Positions 19,242-29,519 of a stretch of DNA of 64,000 nucleotides are shown here, in pieces (the first letter of the stretch is position 1; each line of letters starts with the position of its first letter). A program made the translations under genes and the position numbers. Below the pieces are notes generated by a model. It saw only the letters and a list, made by a program, of their open reading frames with translations. It was not told the origin of the DNA and ran no database searches. The stretch covers positions 2,528,001 through 2,592,000 of the forward strand of contig CBDCOH010000002.1 in the NCBI GenBank assembly GCA_965219685.1. Direction: 5' to 3'. The stretch comes from Candidatus Spongiisociaceae bacterium (GTDB taxonomy: Bacteria; Actinomycetota; Acidimicrobiia; Spongiisociales; Spongiisociaceae).

Positions 19242-19812
19242 GTGGGTCGACGTTGGACGGGTGGTCAAGCTCCAGGTCCAGCGGGATCAGTTGCGCAAGG
19301 GAACTGTGTACTCCCCGCGCAACCTCGCCGAAGTGTCGGTACTACGGCTCACGCCCGACGGCACCATCGGCTTCGACGGGGCCTCATGGGTCGTCGACCG
19401 GCATCACCGCGCCCATCCCGCCTCGGCGCGCTATGACCCGGCCCGGGCGCTCTCCATAGGGTTCAGTTCCCACTACGAGTACATATGGGAGCGGTTCGAT
19501 CCCATACCGCTCGGATCGGCGGGAGAGAACCTGATCGTGGACGCGGACCGCATGGTGTCTCTGACCGACCTGCGCGGCGGCATACGCATCGGCACCTCCC
19601 ACGGGTCGGCCTCGATCGCGACGGCGGCGGTGGCGCAGCCATGCGCACCGTTCACGCGTTTCGCCACCGGACGCCGCGACGCTCGTGCCGGCGAGATAGT
19701 CGAGGAACGAGACCAGCTTCGAAGGGGGGTGCGGGGGTTCGTGATGGCGGTGGACGGTCTCGACAACTTCGATATCCACCCGGGCGCGCTCGTGTCCATC
19801 CGATCCGCCTGA
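19234..19812 (+). CDS. Hypothetical protein, MOSC-domain-like
   Basis: GSAGENL and AQPCAPF resemble the MOSC motifs; overlaps the upstream stop. Confidence 0.55.
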   Translation: MGEWVDVGRVVKLQVQRDQLRKGTVYSPRNLAEVSVLRLTPDGTIGFDGASWVVDRHHRAHPASARYDPARALSIGFSSHYEYIWERFDPIPLGSAGENLIVDADRMVSLTDLRGGIRIGTSHGSASIATAAVAQPCAPFTRFATGRRDARAGEIVEERDQLRRGVRGFVMAVDGLDNFDIHPGALVSIRSA

Positions 19813-19830
19813 ACTCCTGCCCCCGCTCCC

Positions 19831-20703
19831 ATGATCGCTGACAGCCCTGCTCCGGATGCGAGAGCCGCCGCGCTCCGGGTCGCCATCCTGCTTCTCGTGG
19901 CCGCCGTGACAGTGTCCTGCGGAGGCGACCGTCATGATGGGCTCCCCGACGACGCCCTGGTGCTGATGGTCTCATCGGATCTGGCGGTGGGCCCCCAGCG
20001 CGTGCTGGTCGCCGCAGTCGACCGCGACAACCGGTCACTGGTGTCCGACACACCTGTCGGAGTGGTCTTCTACGGGCCGGACGGGACGGCCCGGGAGGAG
20101 ACGGCGGCCCGGTTCATCTGGGCGATACCCGAGGTGCGCGGCTTGTGGACGGCCAACACGACGTTCGACGCTCCGGGGAACTGGAAGCTGGCGGTCCGCG
20201 GCGTCGATGGCAGGCTCGTGGAAGGCGCCGCATTCAGCGTCGCGGCGGAACCGCAGACCGTCGAGGTCGGGAAGCGTGCTCCCGCGTCCCTTTCCAAGAC
20301 CTCGACCGATGCCCCAATCCGGACCATCACCAGCGATCCCGAGCCGGACCCTCGCCTCTACAGGATGTCCGTGGCGGAAGCGGTCGGATCGGGGCGTCCC
20401 ACGGTCGTCATCTTCGCCACACCGGCATTCTGCACGAGCCAGACCTGCGGACCGGCCCTGGACACCGCCAAGGGACTGGTGGACGACTATGCGGCCGTGA
20501 ACTGGGTCCACGTGGAGGTTTACGAGAACCTCGACGCGTCTACCGCGGAGGAGTTGGTGATCGCCGAACCGGTGATCGAGTGGGGCCTGCCGAACGAGCC
20601 CTGGGTGTTCGTCGTGGACGCGTCGGGCGTCGTGGCAGACCGGTTCGAGGGCGTGGTGGACCGGATGGAACTCGAGGACGCCCTGGCTCGGGTCATATCA
20701 TGA
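19831..20703 (+). CDS. Lipoprotein with C-terminal thioredoxin-like domain
   Basis: Lipobox TVSC; FATPAFCTSQTCGP; WGLPNEPWVFVVD. Confidence 0.75.
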   Translation: MIADSPAPDARAAALRVAILLLVAAVTVSCGGDRHDGLPDDALVLMVSSDLAVGPQRVLVAAVDRDNRSLVSDTPVGVVFYGPDGTAREETAARFIWAIPEVRGLWTANTTFDAPGNWKLAVRGVDGRLVEGAAFSVAAEPQTVEVGKRAPASLSKTSTDAPIRTITSDPEPDPRLYRMSVAEAVGSGRPTVVIFATPAFCTSQTCGPALDTAKGLVDDYAAVNWVHVEVYENLDASTAEELVIAEPVIEWGLPNEPWVFVVDASGVVADRFEGVVDRMELEDALARVIS

Positions 20704-20810
20704 ACTCCCTCCGGCTACCGAGTCCGGCTCCGGCTTGTTCGCAGGCGCGCCGAACCCGTAACATGCGGGGGTCCCGCGATAGACCCGCGGTCGGCTCAGG
20801 GAAGGGATAG

Positions 20811-21881
20811 ATGAACCGACGCCAACGGCCCGCCTGGCGGCGTTCCAAGAGTGCGCCGGTAGCCCTCGTAGCCCTCGCACTGCTGGGTGCCTGCGGCCGG
20901 GTCGAGCAACCCCTCAACTCGTTCGACTCCCAGGGGCCGATCGCCGAGCGCATCAACGACCTCTTCTGGCCGGTGTTCTGGATGGCGGTTGCCATATTCG
21001 TGCTGGTTCAGGGCGCCCTCCTGGTAGCCGTCTTCCTGTTCAGGGAGCGCAAGGACCGTGAACGTCCCGAACCCAAGCAGACCAAAGGCAACAAACGGCT
21101 GGAACTGCTCTGGACGGTGGTCCCCACCCTGATCCTCACGGGGATTGCCGTGCCCACGGTGACCACCCTGTTCGACCTGGCCGAGTGCCCTCGAGACTCC
21201 ATGGAGATCGAGGTGATCGGTCACCAGTGGTGGTTCGAGTTCCGCTACCCGGACTCCGGCGTGGTCACCGCCAACGTCATGGTGATACCCGAGGACACCG
21301 AAGTGTGCGCCAGGATGACTTCCGACGACGTGTTGCACAACTTCTGGATCCCGAAGTTGGCCGGCAAACGCTACCTCGTGCCGGGCCAGGAGACCGATCA
21401 GCGCCTCTATGCCGATGACCCCGGCGAGTACTGGGGTCATTGTGCCGAGTTCTGCGGCCTCAGCCACGCCCGCATGCGGGCACGGGTGGTCGCGATGACC
21501 AAGGGAGACTTCGACGCCTGGGTGGGCAGCCAGTTGCTTCCGGCGGCTACCCCGGCACCCGGCTCGGAGGCGGAACGCGGCATGGAGGTGTTCATGGGCG
21601 GCGCTTGCATCGGGTGCCATATCATCGATGGCGTGAACGATCCCGACCCGTCCACCCTCACCGTCCCCGCGCCTGACCTGACCCACTTCGCGAGCCGGGG
21701 CGTGTTCGCAGGGGCGACCCTGCCGGCGGGTCTGAACCCGACCCCTGCCGACTGGGAGGAGGGACTGCGGCTGTGGCTGGAAGACCCACCCACCTGGAAG
21801 CCGGGATCGTTCATGTCGGACCTCGGCCTGACCGCAGACGAGATCGACGCGCTGGTCGCCTACCTGTCCATGCTGGAATGA
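20811..21881 (+). CDS. ctaC: Cytochrome c oxidase subunit II with fused cytochrome c (caa3 type)
   Basis: GHQWWFEF; CuA ligands HNFWIP...CAEFCGLSHARM; heme c motif CIGCH; lipobox LGAC. Confidence 0.95.
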   Translation: MNRRQRPAWRRSKSAPVALVALALLGACGRVEQPLNSFDSQGPIAERINDLFWPVFWMAVAIFVLVQGALLVAVFLFRERKDRERPEPKQTKGNKRLELLWTVVPTLILTGIAVPTVTTLFDLAECPRDSMEIEVIGHQWWFEFRYPDSGVVTANVMVIPEDTEVCARMTSDDVLHNFWIPKLAGKRYLVPGQETDQRLYADDPGEYWGHCAEFCGLSHARMRARVVAMTKGDFDAWVGSQLLPAATPAPGSEAERGMEVFMGGACIGCHIIDGVNDPDPSTLTVPAPDLTHFASRGVFAGATLPAGLNPTPADWEEGLRLWLEDPPTWKPGSFMSDLGLTADEIDALVAYLSMLE

Positions 21882-21900
21882 CCCACGTAAGGAGAGCCGG

Positions 21901-23949
21901 ATGGCAATCGACTTGACAACCGAAACCGTCGAGCGGCCGGCCACCACCGTCTATCGCCGCCCCCGGCTGACGACCGGTTTCTGGGCGTGGATCACCACCG
22001 CCGACCACAAGAAGATCGGTCTCCTCTACGGCTACACCGCCTTCGCCTTCTTCATCGCCGGGGGCGTCGAGGCGCTGCTGCTCCGGCTACAGCTGGCCGG
22101 CCCGGACGGCGCCTTCCTCAGCGCCGCCGAGTACAACGGCCTGTTCACAACCCACGCGGTGACGATGATCTTCCTGTTCGTGATGCCGATCTCGGCCGCG
22201 TTCTTCAACTACCTCCTCCCGCTCATGATCGGCGCCCGGGATGTGGCATTCCCCCGCATGAACGCGGTGAGTTACTGGATCTTCCTGTTCGGAGGTTTGT
22301 TCATCTACTCCTCGTTGCTGTTCGCCACATCTCCGGCGCCCCTGGGCGGCAACCTGCCGGGCGGGGCCACCGACGCCAGCATGCTCGGGTCGATCCCCAA
22401 CAGCGGGTGGTTCATCTACGCACCCAACAGCGGAGCCGAGTACTCGCCGGGCACCTCGATCGACTACGCGGCGCTCGGCTTGCAGATGCTCGGCATCGCA
22501 TCGCTGATCTCGGCGGTCAACTTCATCGTCACGATCCTCAACATGCGGGCGCCGGGAATGCGGCTGCTACGCATGCCGGTGTTCGTGTGGATGACGCTGG
22601 TGGTGGCGCTGCTGCTGCTCTTCTCGCTCCCGATCATCGCCATCGCCCTGTTCATGCTCACCTTCGATCGCCAGTTCGGAACCCTGTTCTTCGTACCGGA
22701 GGCGGGCGGCGACCCGATCCTGTGGCAGCACCTGTTCTGGCTGTTCGGACACCCCGAGGTCTACATCCTGATCCTGCCCGCCATGGGCATCGTGTCCGAG
22801 ACGCTCCCGGTCTTCTCCAAGAAGCCGCTGTTCGGCTACCCCGCGGTGGTGTTCGCCGGCGCAGCCATCGCCTTCCTCGGGTTCGGGGTCTGGGCCCATC
22901 ACATGTTCTCATCGGGGATCCCGACGGTCGCGCAGGCGGCCTTCGGGCTCTCGACCATGACGATCGCCATCCCCACCGGGATCAAGATTTTCAACTGGTT
23001 GGGCACGGTCTGGGGAGGCAGGGTAAAGCTGGCCACCCCGATGCTCTTCTCGCTGGGTTTCGTGGCCCTCTTCGTGATCGGCGGCCTGTCCGGCGTGACC
23101 CACGCCGTCGTCCCGTCGGACTGGCAGCAGACCGACACCTACTACATCGTGGCCCATTTCCACTACGTCCTGTTCGGCGGGGCGATCTTCGGACTGTTCG
23201 CCGGGATCTACTACTGGTTCCCGAAACTCACGGGCCGCATGTACAACGAGGCGCTGGGAAAGTGGCACTTCTGGCTGATGTTCATCGGCATGAACCTGAC
23301 ATTCGGTCCCATGCACTGGCTCGGGTTGCAGGGCATGGTGCGACGCACATGGGTCTACCCGGAGGAGGCCGGCCTGGGCGTGTGGAACATGGTGGCCACG
23401 GTCGGGGCGTTCGTAATCGCGGTCTCCGTGCTGGTCTTCATGGTCAACTGGTCGTACTCGAAACGTCGGGGCCGACCCGCACCGGATGACCCGTGGGACG
23501 CCCGCACCCTCGAGTGGACGATCCCCTCGCCGAGCCCCGAGTACAACTTCGCGGTGGAACCGGTGGTCACCTCGCTGGATGACTTCTGGCACCGCAAGTA
23601 CGACGAGGACGCCGAAGGTCGGGCGGTGCGCAAGGAGGAGGCCGACGAGTACGTGGCCGACATCATCTACACCAACGGCCATCCCGACCACGAGATCCAC
23701 CTGCCCGCCCCCTCCTACTTCCCTTTCTTCGTCGGTCTGGGGATCATGATCATCTTCTACGGGATCATGTACCACACCCGTCCGTGGGGCATCCCGCTCA
23801 TCGTGGCGGGAGCGGTCGTGACGATCGGAGCCTTCGTGGCGTGGGGATCGGAGCCGCTCGAGGAGATCCACGAAGAGGAACACGGAACCCATGACGACGA
23901 CCCCCACGAGGAGGAGACCGAACCGGCGATGAGCGAGGGGGACGCCTGA
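21901..23949 (+). CDS. ctaD: Cytochrome c oxidase subunit I (A1 type)
   Basis: DHKKIG, GARDVAFPRMN, WLFGHPEVY, WAHHM and AHFHYV. Confidence 0.97.
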   Translation: MAIDLTTETVERPATTVYRRPRLTTGFWAWITTADHKKIGLLYGYTAFAFFIAGGVEALLLRLQLAGPDGAFLSAAEYNGLFTTHAVTMIFLFVMPISAAFFNYLLPLMIGARDVAFPRMNAVSYWIFLFGGLFIYSSLLFATSPAPLGGNLPGGATDASMLGSIPNSGWFIYAPNSGAEYSPGTSIDYAALGLQMLGIASLISAVNFIVTILNMRAPGMRLLRMPVFVWMTLVVALLLLFSLPIIAIALFMLTFDRQFGTLFFVPEAGGDPILWQHLFWLFGHPEVYILILPAMGIVSETLPVFSKKPLFGYPAVVFAGAAIAFLGFGVWAHHMFSSGIPTVAQAAFGLSTMTIAIPTGIKIFNWLGTVWGGRVKLATPMLFSLGFVALFVIGGLSGVTHAVVPSDWQQTDTYYIVAHFHYVLFGGAIFGLFAGIYYWFPKLTGRMYNEALGKWHFWLMFIGMNLTFGPMHWLGLQGMVRRTWVYPEEAGLGVWNMVATVGAFVIAVSVLVFMVNWSYSKRRGRPAPDDPWDARTLEWTIPSPSPEYNFAVEPVVTSLDDFWHRKYDEDAEGRAVRKEEADEYVADIIYTNGHPDHEIHLPAPSYFPFFVGLGIMIIFYGIMYHTRPWGIPLIVAGAVVTIGAFVAWGSEPLEEIHEEEHGTHDDDPHEEETEPAMSEGDA

Positions 23950-24560
23950 TGGCCGACCCTTCCCACGGACACGCCGATGCCCCTGCCCATCATCAGGTCA
24001 CGGGCATCGACAATCGCAAGCTGGGGATGTGGGTGTTCCTGTCATCGGAGTTCCTGTTCTTCGGCGCTCTCATCAACAACTACCTGCTGTTCAAGGGACG
24101 GGACTTCGGCCCGGGCGCCCTGTACCCGGTGGAGCTCTACGACATACCCTTTACGTCGATCAGTTCGTTCGTGTTGCTGATGAGCTCGCTGACCATGGTC
24201 CTGGCGCATTCAGCATTGTCTCGAAACGACCAGGAACAGGCCCGGACCTGGTTGTTCGCCACGGCGATCCTCGGACTGGTGTTTGTGTCGGGCCAGTTCT
24301 TCGAGTTCGCCGAGTTCATTCTCCACGGCCTCAAACTCAACGTGAATCCGGCGGCCAGCGCCTTCTACATGCTCACCGGGTTCCACGGCGTTCACGTGAT
24401 CATCGGCGTGCTGATGCTCCTGGTCCTGGCCTTCAAGTCCGTCCGGCTGGGAGCGCTCTCCGAAGCCGAGGGCCTCAACGTGGAACTGGTCGGCCTGTAC
24501 TGGCACTTCGTCGATATCATCTGGATCGTGATCTTCGTGCTCGTCTATCTGATCCAGTAA
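23949..24560 (+). CDS. ctaE: Cytochrome c oxidase subunit III
   Basis: GMWVFLSSE, LTGFHGVHV and YWHFVDIIW. Confidence 0.95.
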   Translation: MADPSHGHADAPAHHQVTGIDNRKLGMWVFLSSEFLFFGALINNYLLFKGRDFGPGALYPVELYDIPFTSISSFVLLMSSLTMVLAHSALSRNDQEQARTWLFATAILGLVFVSGQFFEFAEFILHGLKLNVNPAASAFYMLTGFHGVHVIIGVLMLLVLAFKSVRLGALSEAEGLNVELVGLYWHFVDIIWIVIFVLVYLIQ

Positions 24561-24577
24561 GAGGCAGGGGTAGCGAA

Positions 24578-24889
24578 ATGGCCGGCGAAGCGCACCACCA
24601 TCCCCAACCACGGCAGTACGTGATAATCGCCCTCGTGCTGGCGGTACTCACCGCTGCCGAGGTCGCCCTCTTCTACCTGGAGGCCGGGGTAGAGGCCATC
24701 GGTCAAAGCTTGACCGTCCCGGCTCTTCTCATCCTCAGCGCCCTGAAGTTCTACCTGGTGGTGGCGATGTTCATGCATCTGCGTTTCGAGAAGCGGCTGC
24801 TGTCTCGGTTCTTCACGGCCGGCGCGGTGCTGGCAGGCGCTCTCTACCTGATCACGCTGGCAGCTCTTGGAGCTGTCATCCTGTTCTGA
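24578..24889 (+). CDS. ctaF: Cytochrome c oxidase subunit IV (caa3 type)
   Basis: MAGEAHHHP...YVIIALVLAVLTAAEV...KFYLVVAMFMHLRFE; position after subunit III. Confidence 0.85.
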   Translation: MAGEAHHHPQPRQYVIIALVLAVLTAAEVALFYLEAGVEAIGQSLTVPALLILSALKFYLVVAMFMHLRFEKRLLSRFFTAGAVLAGALYLITLAALGAVILF

Positions 24890-25007
24890 CCACCAACCCG
24901 GATAGGTCGTACCGCCCGGTACGGTTACCCTGACGTACGCAACGGAACCGGCTTGGACGCGTGCATGACCCGACCATCCGCCACCCCGACCACGGGAGTT
25001 TCCTGAC

Positions 25008-25817
25008 ATGATTCCCGCCTGGCACCCGCACCTGGACGTCTGGGCCTTCGTCTTCGTGCTCGGGTTCGGCTACTGGTACGCAATCAGGCGAATCGGTCCA
25101 TATATGGATGTCGAGGGTCCCCTGGTCACCCGTCGCCAGGCAACCATCTACACGATCGGGCTGCTGTCCCTGTGGGTCGTCTCGGACTGGCCCTTCCACG
25201 ACATAGCCGAGCGCCACCTGTTCCTCTTCCACATGATCGAGCACATGGTGCTGGCCCTGGTCTCCGCTCCCCTGCTCATTGCCGGAACCCCGGCCTGGCT
25301 TCTCAGGCGGCTGGTCGCCAACCCCCGCATACTGCCCACCCTGCGACCCCTCACCAGGCCGCTGGCGGCATTCTTCATCTTCAACGGGATCATGGTCGGC
25401 ATCCACTGGCCCGAGATCGTCAATCTGATGGTCACGTCCGGCGTGTACCACTTCATCATCCACGCGCTGCTGATAGCGGCCGCCGCCGTGATGTGGTTGC
25501 CGGTGCTCAGTCCGGTGCCCGAGATCAAGCAGCTATCGCCGCCCCTCCGCATGCTCTACCTGTTCGCCCACTCGCTGCTCCCGACCATCCCGGCTTCTTT
25601 CCTGACGTTCGGGAGGGAGCCGCTCTACCGTTTCTACGCCGAGGCACCACGCCTGTGGGGTATCGATGCGATCACCGACCAGACGATGGCGGGTCTCGTC
25701 ATGAAGCTGGGCGGGGGCGCCATCCTGTGGGGGGTCATCGCGGTCCTCTGGTTCCGGTGGTACGCCTACGAACAGCGCTGGGAGGCCCTGGAGCGGGAAC
25801 TACGCCGAACACCGTGA
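25008..25817 (+). CDS. ctaG: Caa3_CtaG-family cytochrome c oxidase assembly protein
   Basis: HMIEHMVL, PLLIAGTP, MWLPVLSP and DQTMAGLVMK. Confidence 0.88.
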   Translation: MIPAWHPHLDVWAFVFVLGFGYWYAIRRIGPYMDVEGPLVTRRQATIYTIGLLSLWVVSDWPFHDIAERHLFLFHMIEHMVLALVSAPLLIAGTPAWLLRRLVANPRILPTLRPLTRPLAAFFIFNGIMVGIHWPEIVNLMVTSGVYHFIIHALLIAAAAVMWLPVLSPVPEIKQLSPPLRMLYLFAHSLLPTIPASFLTFGREPLYRFYAEAPRLWGIDAITDQTMAGLVMKLGGGAILWGVIAVLWFRWYAYEQRWEALERELRRTP

Positions 25818-26797
25818 GAATCGCCAGAACCGCCGTCCTCGGATTGTTCCTGATCGCCGCCGGTTGCGGGGGTTCCGCCGACGACCGGGAGGAAGTGCGC
25901 GGGATCGTCCTCGAAGTGGAAGGGGACCTGGCGTCGGTGAGGTCATTCCTGCTACGAACCGACGACGGTGAGGTGCTGCGGGTGGTGCCGGCGCCCGACG
26001 GGGACTTCCGGTTCCCTCTCCCCCACCTGCACGAGCATCGACGGACAGCCGAGCCTCTCCTGGTGGAACTGGACCGCTCGCACGATCCGCCCCGCGCGAT
26101 CAGCCTCCGGGACGCCGACAACCCGGAGTGGCACGGGGAGCCCCGGACCGGAACCCGGCCACCGGACGAGGAGGAGCCGGACGACGAGGAGCTGGACGAG
26201 GAGGACGGAGGGGAACAGCAGGACACAGCCGTCCCGCCCACCAGCCCGCCGGAAACTCCTAGCCCGCAAGAGGACGAGCAGACGACCCCTTCCACATCGG
26301 GACCGGATCCCGCGACCGGCGAGGAATCCGGCGCCTCGGCGGCCACCACGGCCACAAGGTCCACAACCTCCACAAGCCCCACTACCTCCACGACGCGAGT
26401 CACTGTTGAGGAGTCCGGGGAGCAGTCGCACGTGGTTGAAGAAGACGTTCCGGACAGCCCGGAACAGGCCGGACGGGAGCCGGAAGGGTCCGGAGACGAA
26501 GCGGACGAACCGCCGATCGAGGTCGACGTGGAACCCGAGGGACCCGTCATCGAGCTCGTCGTCACGGACGGGAAGCTCGATGGTGGCGCCCGTCGCGAAT
26601 CGGTGGCGTTGGGCGATACCGTGACGATCCGGGTGAGCGGCAACACCGATGACGAGGTTCATGTGCACGGCTACGACCTCTTCCTGGAACTTGAGGACGG
26701 CGGCGGAGAGTTGACCTTCGAAGCCTCGATTCCCGGTGTGTTCGAGATCGAACTCGAAGGCTCGCACACCCTGCTCGTACGCCTGGAGGTGTCCTGA
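25814..26797 (+). CDS. Lipoprotein with His-rich N-domain, acidic/Thr-rich linker and C-terminal cupredoxin-like domain
   Basis: GTG start overlaps the ctaG stop; lipobox AAGC; FPLPHLHEH; DEVHVHGYD...PGVFEIELE. Confidence 0.7.
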   Translation: MRIARTAVLGLFLIAAGCGGSADDREEVRGIVLEVEGDLASVRSFLLRTDDGEVLRVVPAPDGDFRFPLPHLHEHRRTAEPLLVELDRSHDPPRAISLRDADNPEWHGEPRTGTRPPDEEEPDDEELDEEDGGEQQDTAVPPTSPPETPSPQEDEQTTPSTSGPDPATGEESGASAATTATRSTTSTSPTTSTTRVTVEESGEQSHVVEEDVPDSPEQAGREPEGSGDEADEPPIEVDVEPEGPVIELVVTDGKLDGGARRESVALGDTVTIRVSGNTDDEVHVHGYDLFLELEDGGGELTFEASIPGVFEIELEGSHTLLVRLEVS

Positions 26798-26814
26798 TCC
26801 GCCACCGGGCATCA

Positions 26815-28173
26815 GTGTTCGTCGTGTCGGCAGCAGCGGTTATGGCGGCGGCCCTCCCCGCGGCGGCCCACGGTGTCGGTGGAAGGACCGACCTGCCGAT
26901 TCCTGTCTGGCAGTTCGCATGGGCAGCCGCCCTCGCTTTGGTCGCCTCCTTCGCGATGCTCGGCCGGTTCTGGACCCGGCCCCACCTCGAATCCGCAGCC
27001 CCAGGCGTCTCTCTCCCGGAGTTGGTGCAGATGATCGGCCGGCTGTGCGTCCCATTGGCGAGGCTGGCGGGACTGGCGGCGTTCGTGGTGCTGCTCTATG
27101 CAGCCTTGGCGGGGGACCGCGAGGTGAGTTCGAACATAGCTCCTTACGCGGTATTCATCGTCTTCTGGGTGGGAATCCAACTCGTGTCGGCGGTGATCGG
27201 TGACCTGTGGGCCGGACTGGGTCCCTTCCGGACTCTCGCCGACATCGGCGCGTGGCTCCGCGCAGAAGCCATCCGGTCGGCCATGTCGCCGTCGGATCAT
27301 GGCGCCGGGAACCGATGGTGGGCCGTCGGCTCGATGTCCACCTTCGTCTGGCTCGAACTCGCCTACCACGGAGGCGCCTCGCCCAGATCGATCGGTGCCT
27401 ACCTCGCGCTCTACACAGCCGTGATGGTGGTCGGGGCATCGGTAAGGGGCAGGGGGTGGGTCAAGGATGCCGACGGTTTCGGGGTCCTGTTCGGCATTCT
27501 CGCCGCGATGGCCCCGGTCTATCGCGACCGCTCCGGCGTCTGGCGCCTTAGATCACCGGTGGCCGGGTTGGCGACGCTCAATGCTTCGCCGGCCACCGTC
27601 CGCCTCATTCTGGTGGTACTCGGATCCACGACCTTCGACGGTTTCTCGCGCAGTTCGCTATGGCTGGACGTCGTCTCGAACCGCTCCGGTTGGGCCTTGA
27701 CGGCCCTGAACACCGGAGGGTTGCTATTCGGAATCGGGGTCGTGATGTTCGTCTACCGCATGGCCATCGCGGCCATGGCCCGGACCACCGGGGAACCGGA
27801 GGACGAGTTGGGCGATGCCTTCGCGCCGTCGCTGTTGCCGATCGTGGTGGCCTACACGGTGGCCCATTACTTCAGCTACCTGGTCCTCGACGGCCAGGCC
27901 GTCATCAGGCTGGCTTCGGACCCGTTCGGCATGGGATGGGACCTGTTCGGCACCGCCGGGTACCGGGTCGACTACACGCTGCTGTCCACCGCCTCCATCG
28001 CCTGGATCCAGACCACGGCCATAGCCGTGGGACATGTGCTGGCTGTCCTGGTAGCCCATGATCGAGCGGTCGAGCGCTACCCCCACCCGCTCGCAGTGCG
28101 GTCCCAGTACCCGATGCTGGTAGCGATGATCGTCTACACCGTGTCCGGCCTGTTCCTACTACTTGGCACGTGA
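26815..28173 (+). CDS. Polytopic membrane protein (family often annotated fenitrothion hydrolase-like)
   Basis: Signal-like N-terminus then AHGVGGRTDLPIP; STTFDG, AHYFSYL, SDPFGMGWDLFG, GHVLAVLVAHDRA and SQYPML; about 10 TM helices. Confidence 0.7.
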   Translation: MFVVSAAAVMAAALPAAAHGVGGRTDLPIPVWQFAWAAALALVASFAMLGRFWTRPHLESAAPGVSLPELVQMIGRLCVPLARLAGLAAFVVLLYAALAGDREVSSNIAPYAVFIVFWVGIQLVSAVIGDLWAGLGPFRTLADIGAWLRAEAIRSAMSPSDHGAGNRWWAVGSMSTFVWLELAYHGGASPRSIGAYLALYTAVMVVGASVRGRGWVKDADGFGVLFGILAAMAPVYRDRSGVWRLRSPVAGLATLNASPATVRLILVVLGSTTFDGFSRSSLWLDVVSNRSGWALTALNTGGLLFGIGVVMFVYRMAIAAMARTTGEPEDELGDAFAPSLLPIVVAYTVAHYFSYLVLDGQAVIRLASDPFGMGWDLFGTAGYRVDYTLLSTASIAWIQTTAIAVGHVLAVLVAHDRAVERYPHPLAVRSQYPMLVAMIVYTVSGLFLLLGT

Positions 28174-28232
28174 GACAGTCGATGGCCGGCAACGGAGACT
28201 ACCAACCAGTTATTAGACAATAACTAACAAAA

Positions 28233-28267
28233 ACTATTAACTACCGACTAATAACTAGAAACTACGT
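28233..28267. repeat. Degenerate heptamer array ACTAnnn x5
   Basis: ACTATTA ACTACCG ACTAATA ACTAGAA ACTACGT, spanning the stop of the minus-strand gene. Confidence 0.7.
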
Positions 28268-29423
28268 ACGCGTGGTCGGCGGGCGCTTCTTCCTCGCCGT
28301 GATCCGTTGACATCGAGGCGGCGATCAGCGCGATCATGAGAAGCACCACCCCGACTCCGGCCGCCGCCACCAGAACCTCGTTCCTGGTGACTTGAAGGTT
28401 GGGACGCGACGCCATCAAGGTGGCGAAGACGAGGGTGCCGATGGCCACGAGGATGGCTATCAGTGGCGCGAACCCGGCGAAACGGAGCAGCAGGGAGCCG
28501 AAGGAAACCACGATCACCAGGATCAATAGGGTGGCGGTGACCGGGAACAGGAGCGCATCGCCGAGCCGCCGCCTGACCGTCTCCGCATCCTCGGCCTCAT
28601 GCCCCGCCAGGGCGGCGGGCTGGGCCATGGCTTGGGCGATCCCTCCGGTCGCGGCGCCCAGCAACGCCGAGGCAGCCACCATGCCGATGACCGTCATCGG
28701 ACCGATGGCGACCAGCTTGGTGCCGGAGAGGGACGCCTCGGCCGTGGCGAACACGACACCACCCAGTCCGGATCCGAGAACCAGCCCCACGAAACCGCCG
28801 GAGAACACCGATCCGAGGGTCGTGGTGTCGGTCTGGTAAGCCGGCGACCGGAACCTGCCTGCGCCGCGTGCTGCCAGCGAGATAATGGCCCCCGCGGCCG
28901 CCCAGATCGCTCCGGTTGCTGCCACAGACGTCCATGTGACCTCGACTGCCGGCCCGCCCAAGATGGTGGTTTGGGAGATCCGACCGAGGACTAGGGGCGC
29001 CTCGGCGACCAGCGTGAGAAGCCCCAGGACCGCACCGAGGGCGGCGCCTGTCCTGGCACCGAGGCGGATCCGATCTCCCAGCGCGGCCGGCTCTACCGGT
29101 TCAGCCTCCTCCTCCAGCCGCTCCTCGAGGATCTCGAACTCGGCCACCGCAACCTCCGCGAGCACCGGCTGCGGGTCGGGAACCGCCGCCACCGGCTCGG
29201 GTTCGGGCTGAGATGCAGCCGCCGGGGGCGCGGGAGAGACCTCCGGACTCGCCGTCACCGTGGCGGTCGCCGTAGCGAGCCCACCGCCTCCCGACCATGC
29301 GTCGAGGACCTGCTCCAGCGCGACACCCTGCGCCTGGGCGCGGGCTGCCGCTGATCGCTCCACCAGGTGTTCGGGCGCACCGCCGAGGAGTTCACCGATC
29401 GTCGAGAGTCGCGGGTCGGACAT
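28248..29423 (-). CDS. Hypothetical multi-TM membrane protein
   Basis: Soluble N-terminus (PEHLVERSAAARA), Pro/Ala/Glu linker and about 7 hydrophobic helices. TAACAT box 8 nt before the ATG. Confidence 0.75.
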   Translation of the reverse strand: MSDPRLSTIGELLGGAPEHLVERSAAARAQAQGVALEQVLDAWSGGGGLATATATVTASPEVSPAPPAAASQPEPEPVAAVPDPQPVLAEVAVAEFEILEERLEEEAEPVEPAALGDRIRLGARTGAALGAVLGLLTLVAEAPLVLGRISQTTILGGPAVEVTWTSVAATGAIWAAAGAIISLAARGAGRFRSPAYQTDTTTLGSVFSGGFVGLVLGSGLGGVVFATAEASLSGTKLVAIGPMTVIGMVAASALLGAATGGIAQAMAQPAALAGHEAEDAETVRRRLGDALLFPVTATLLILVIVVSFGSLLLRFAGFAPLIAILVAIGTLVFATLMASRPNLQVTRNEVLVAAAGVGVVLLMIALIAASMSTDHGEEEAPADHAYVVSSY

Positions 29424-29519
29424 CGCCCGAGATGTTAGCCGGGACGCAGAGGCGCCGACCCGGCCCGGAATTCGTATTGGCGGCTCCCCGTGCGGGATGG
29501 AGCTATCGCTCCGGAGCGA

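Noticed and set aside
24029-25813. Long upstream extensions of ctaF (from 24029) and of the cupredoxin-like lipoprotein (from 25172)
   Set aside because: They overlap ctaE and ctaG in other frames. The real starts are at 24578 and 25814.
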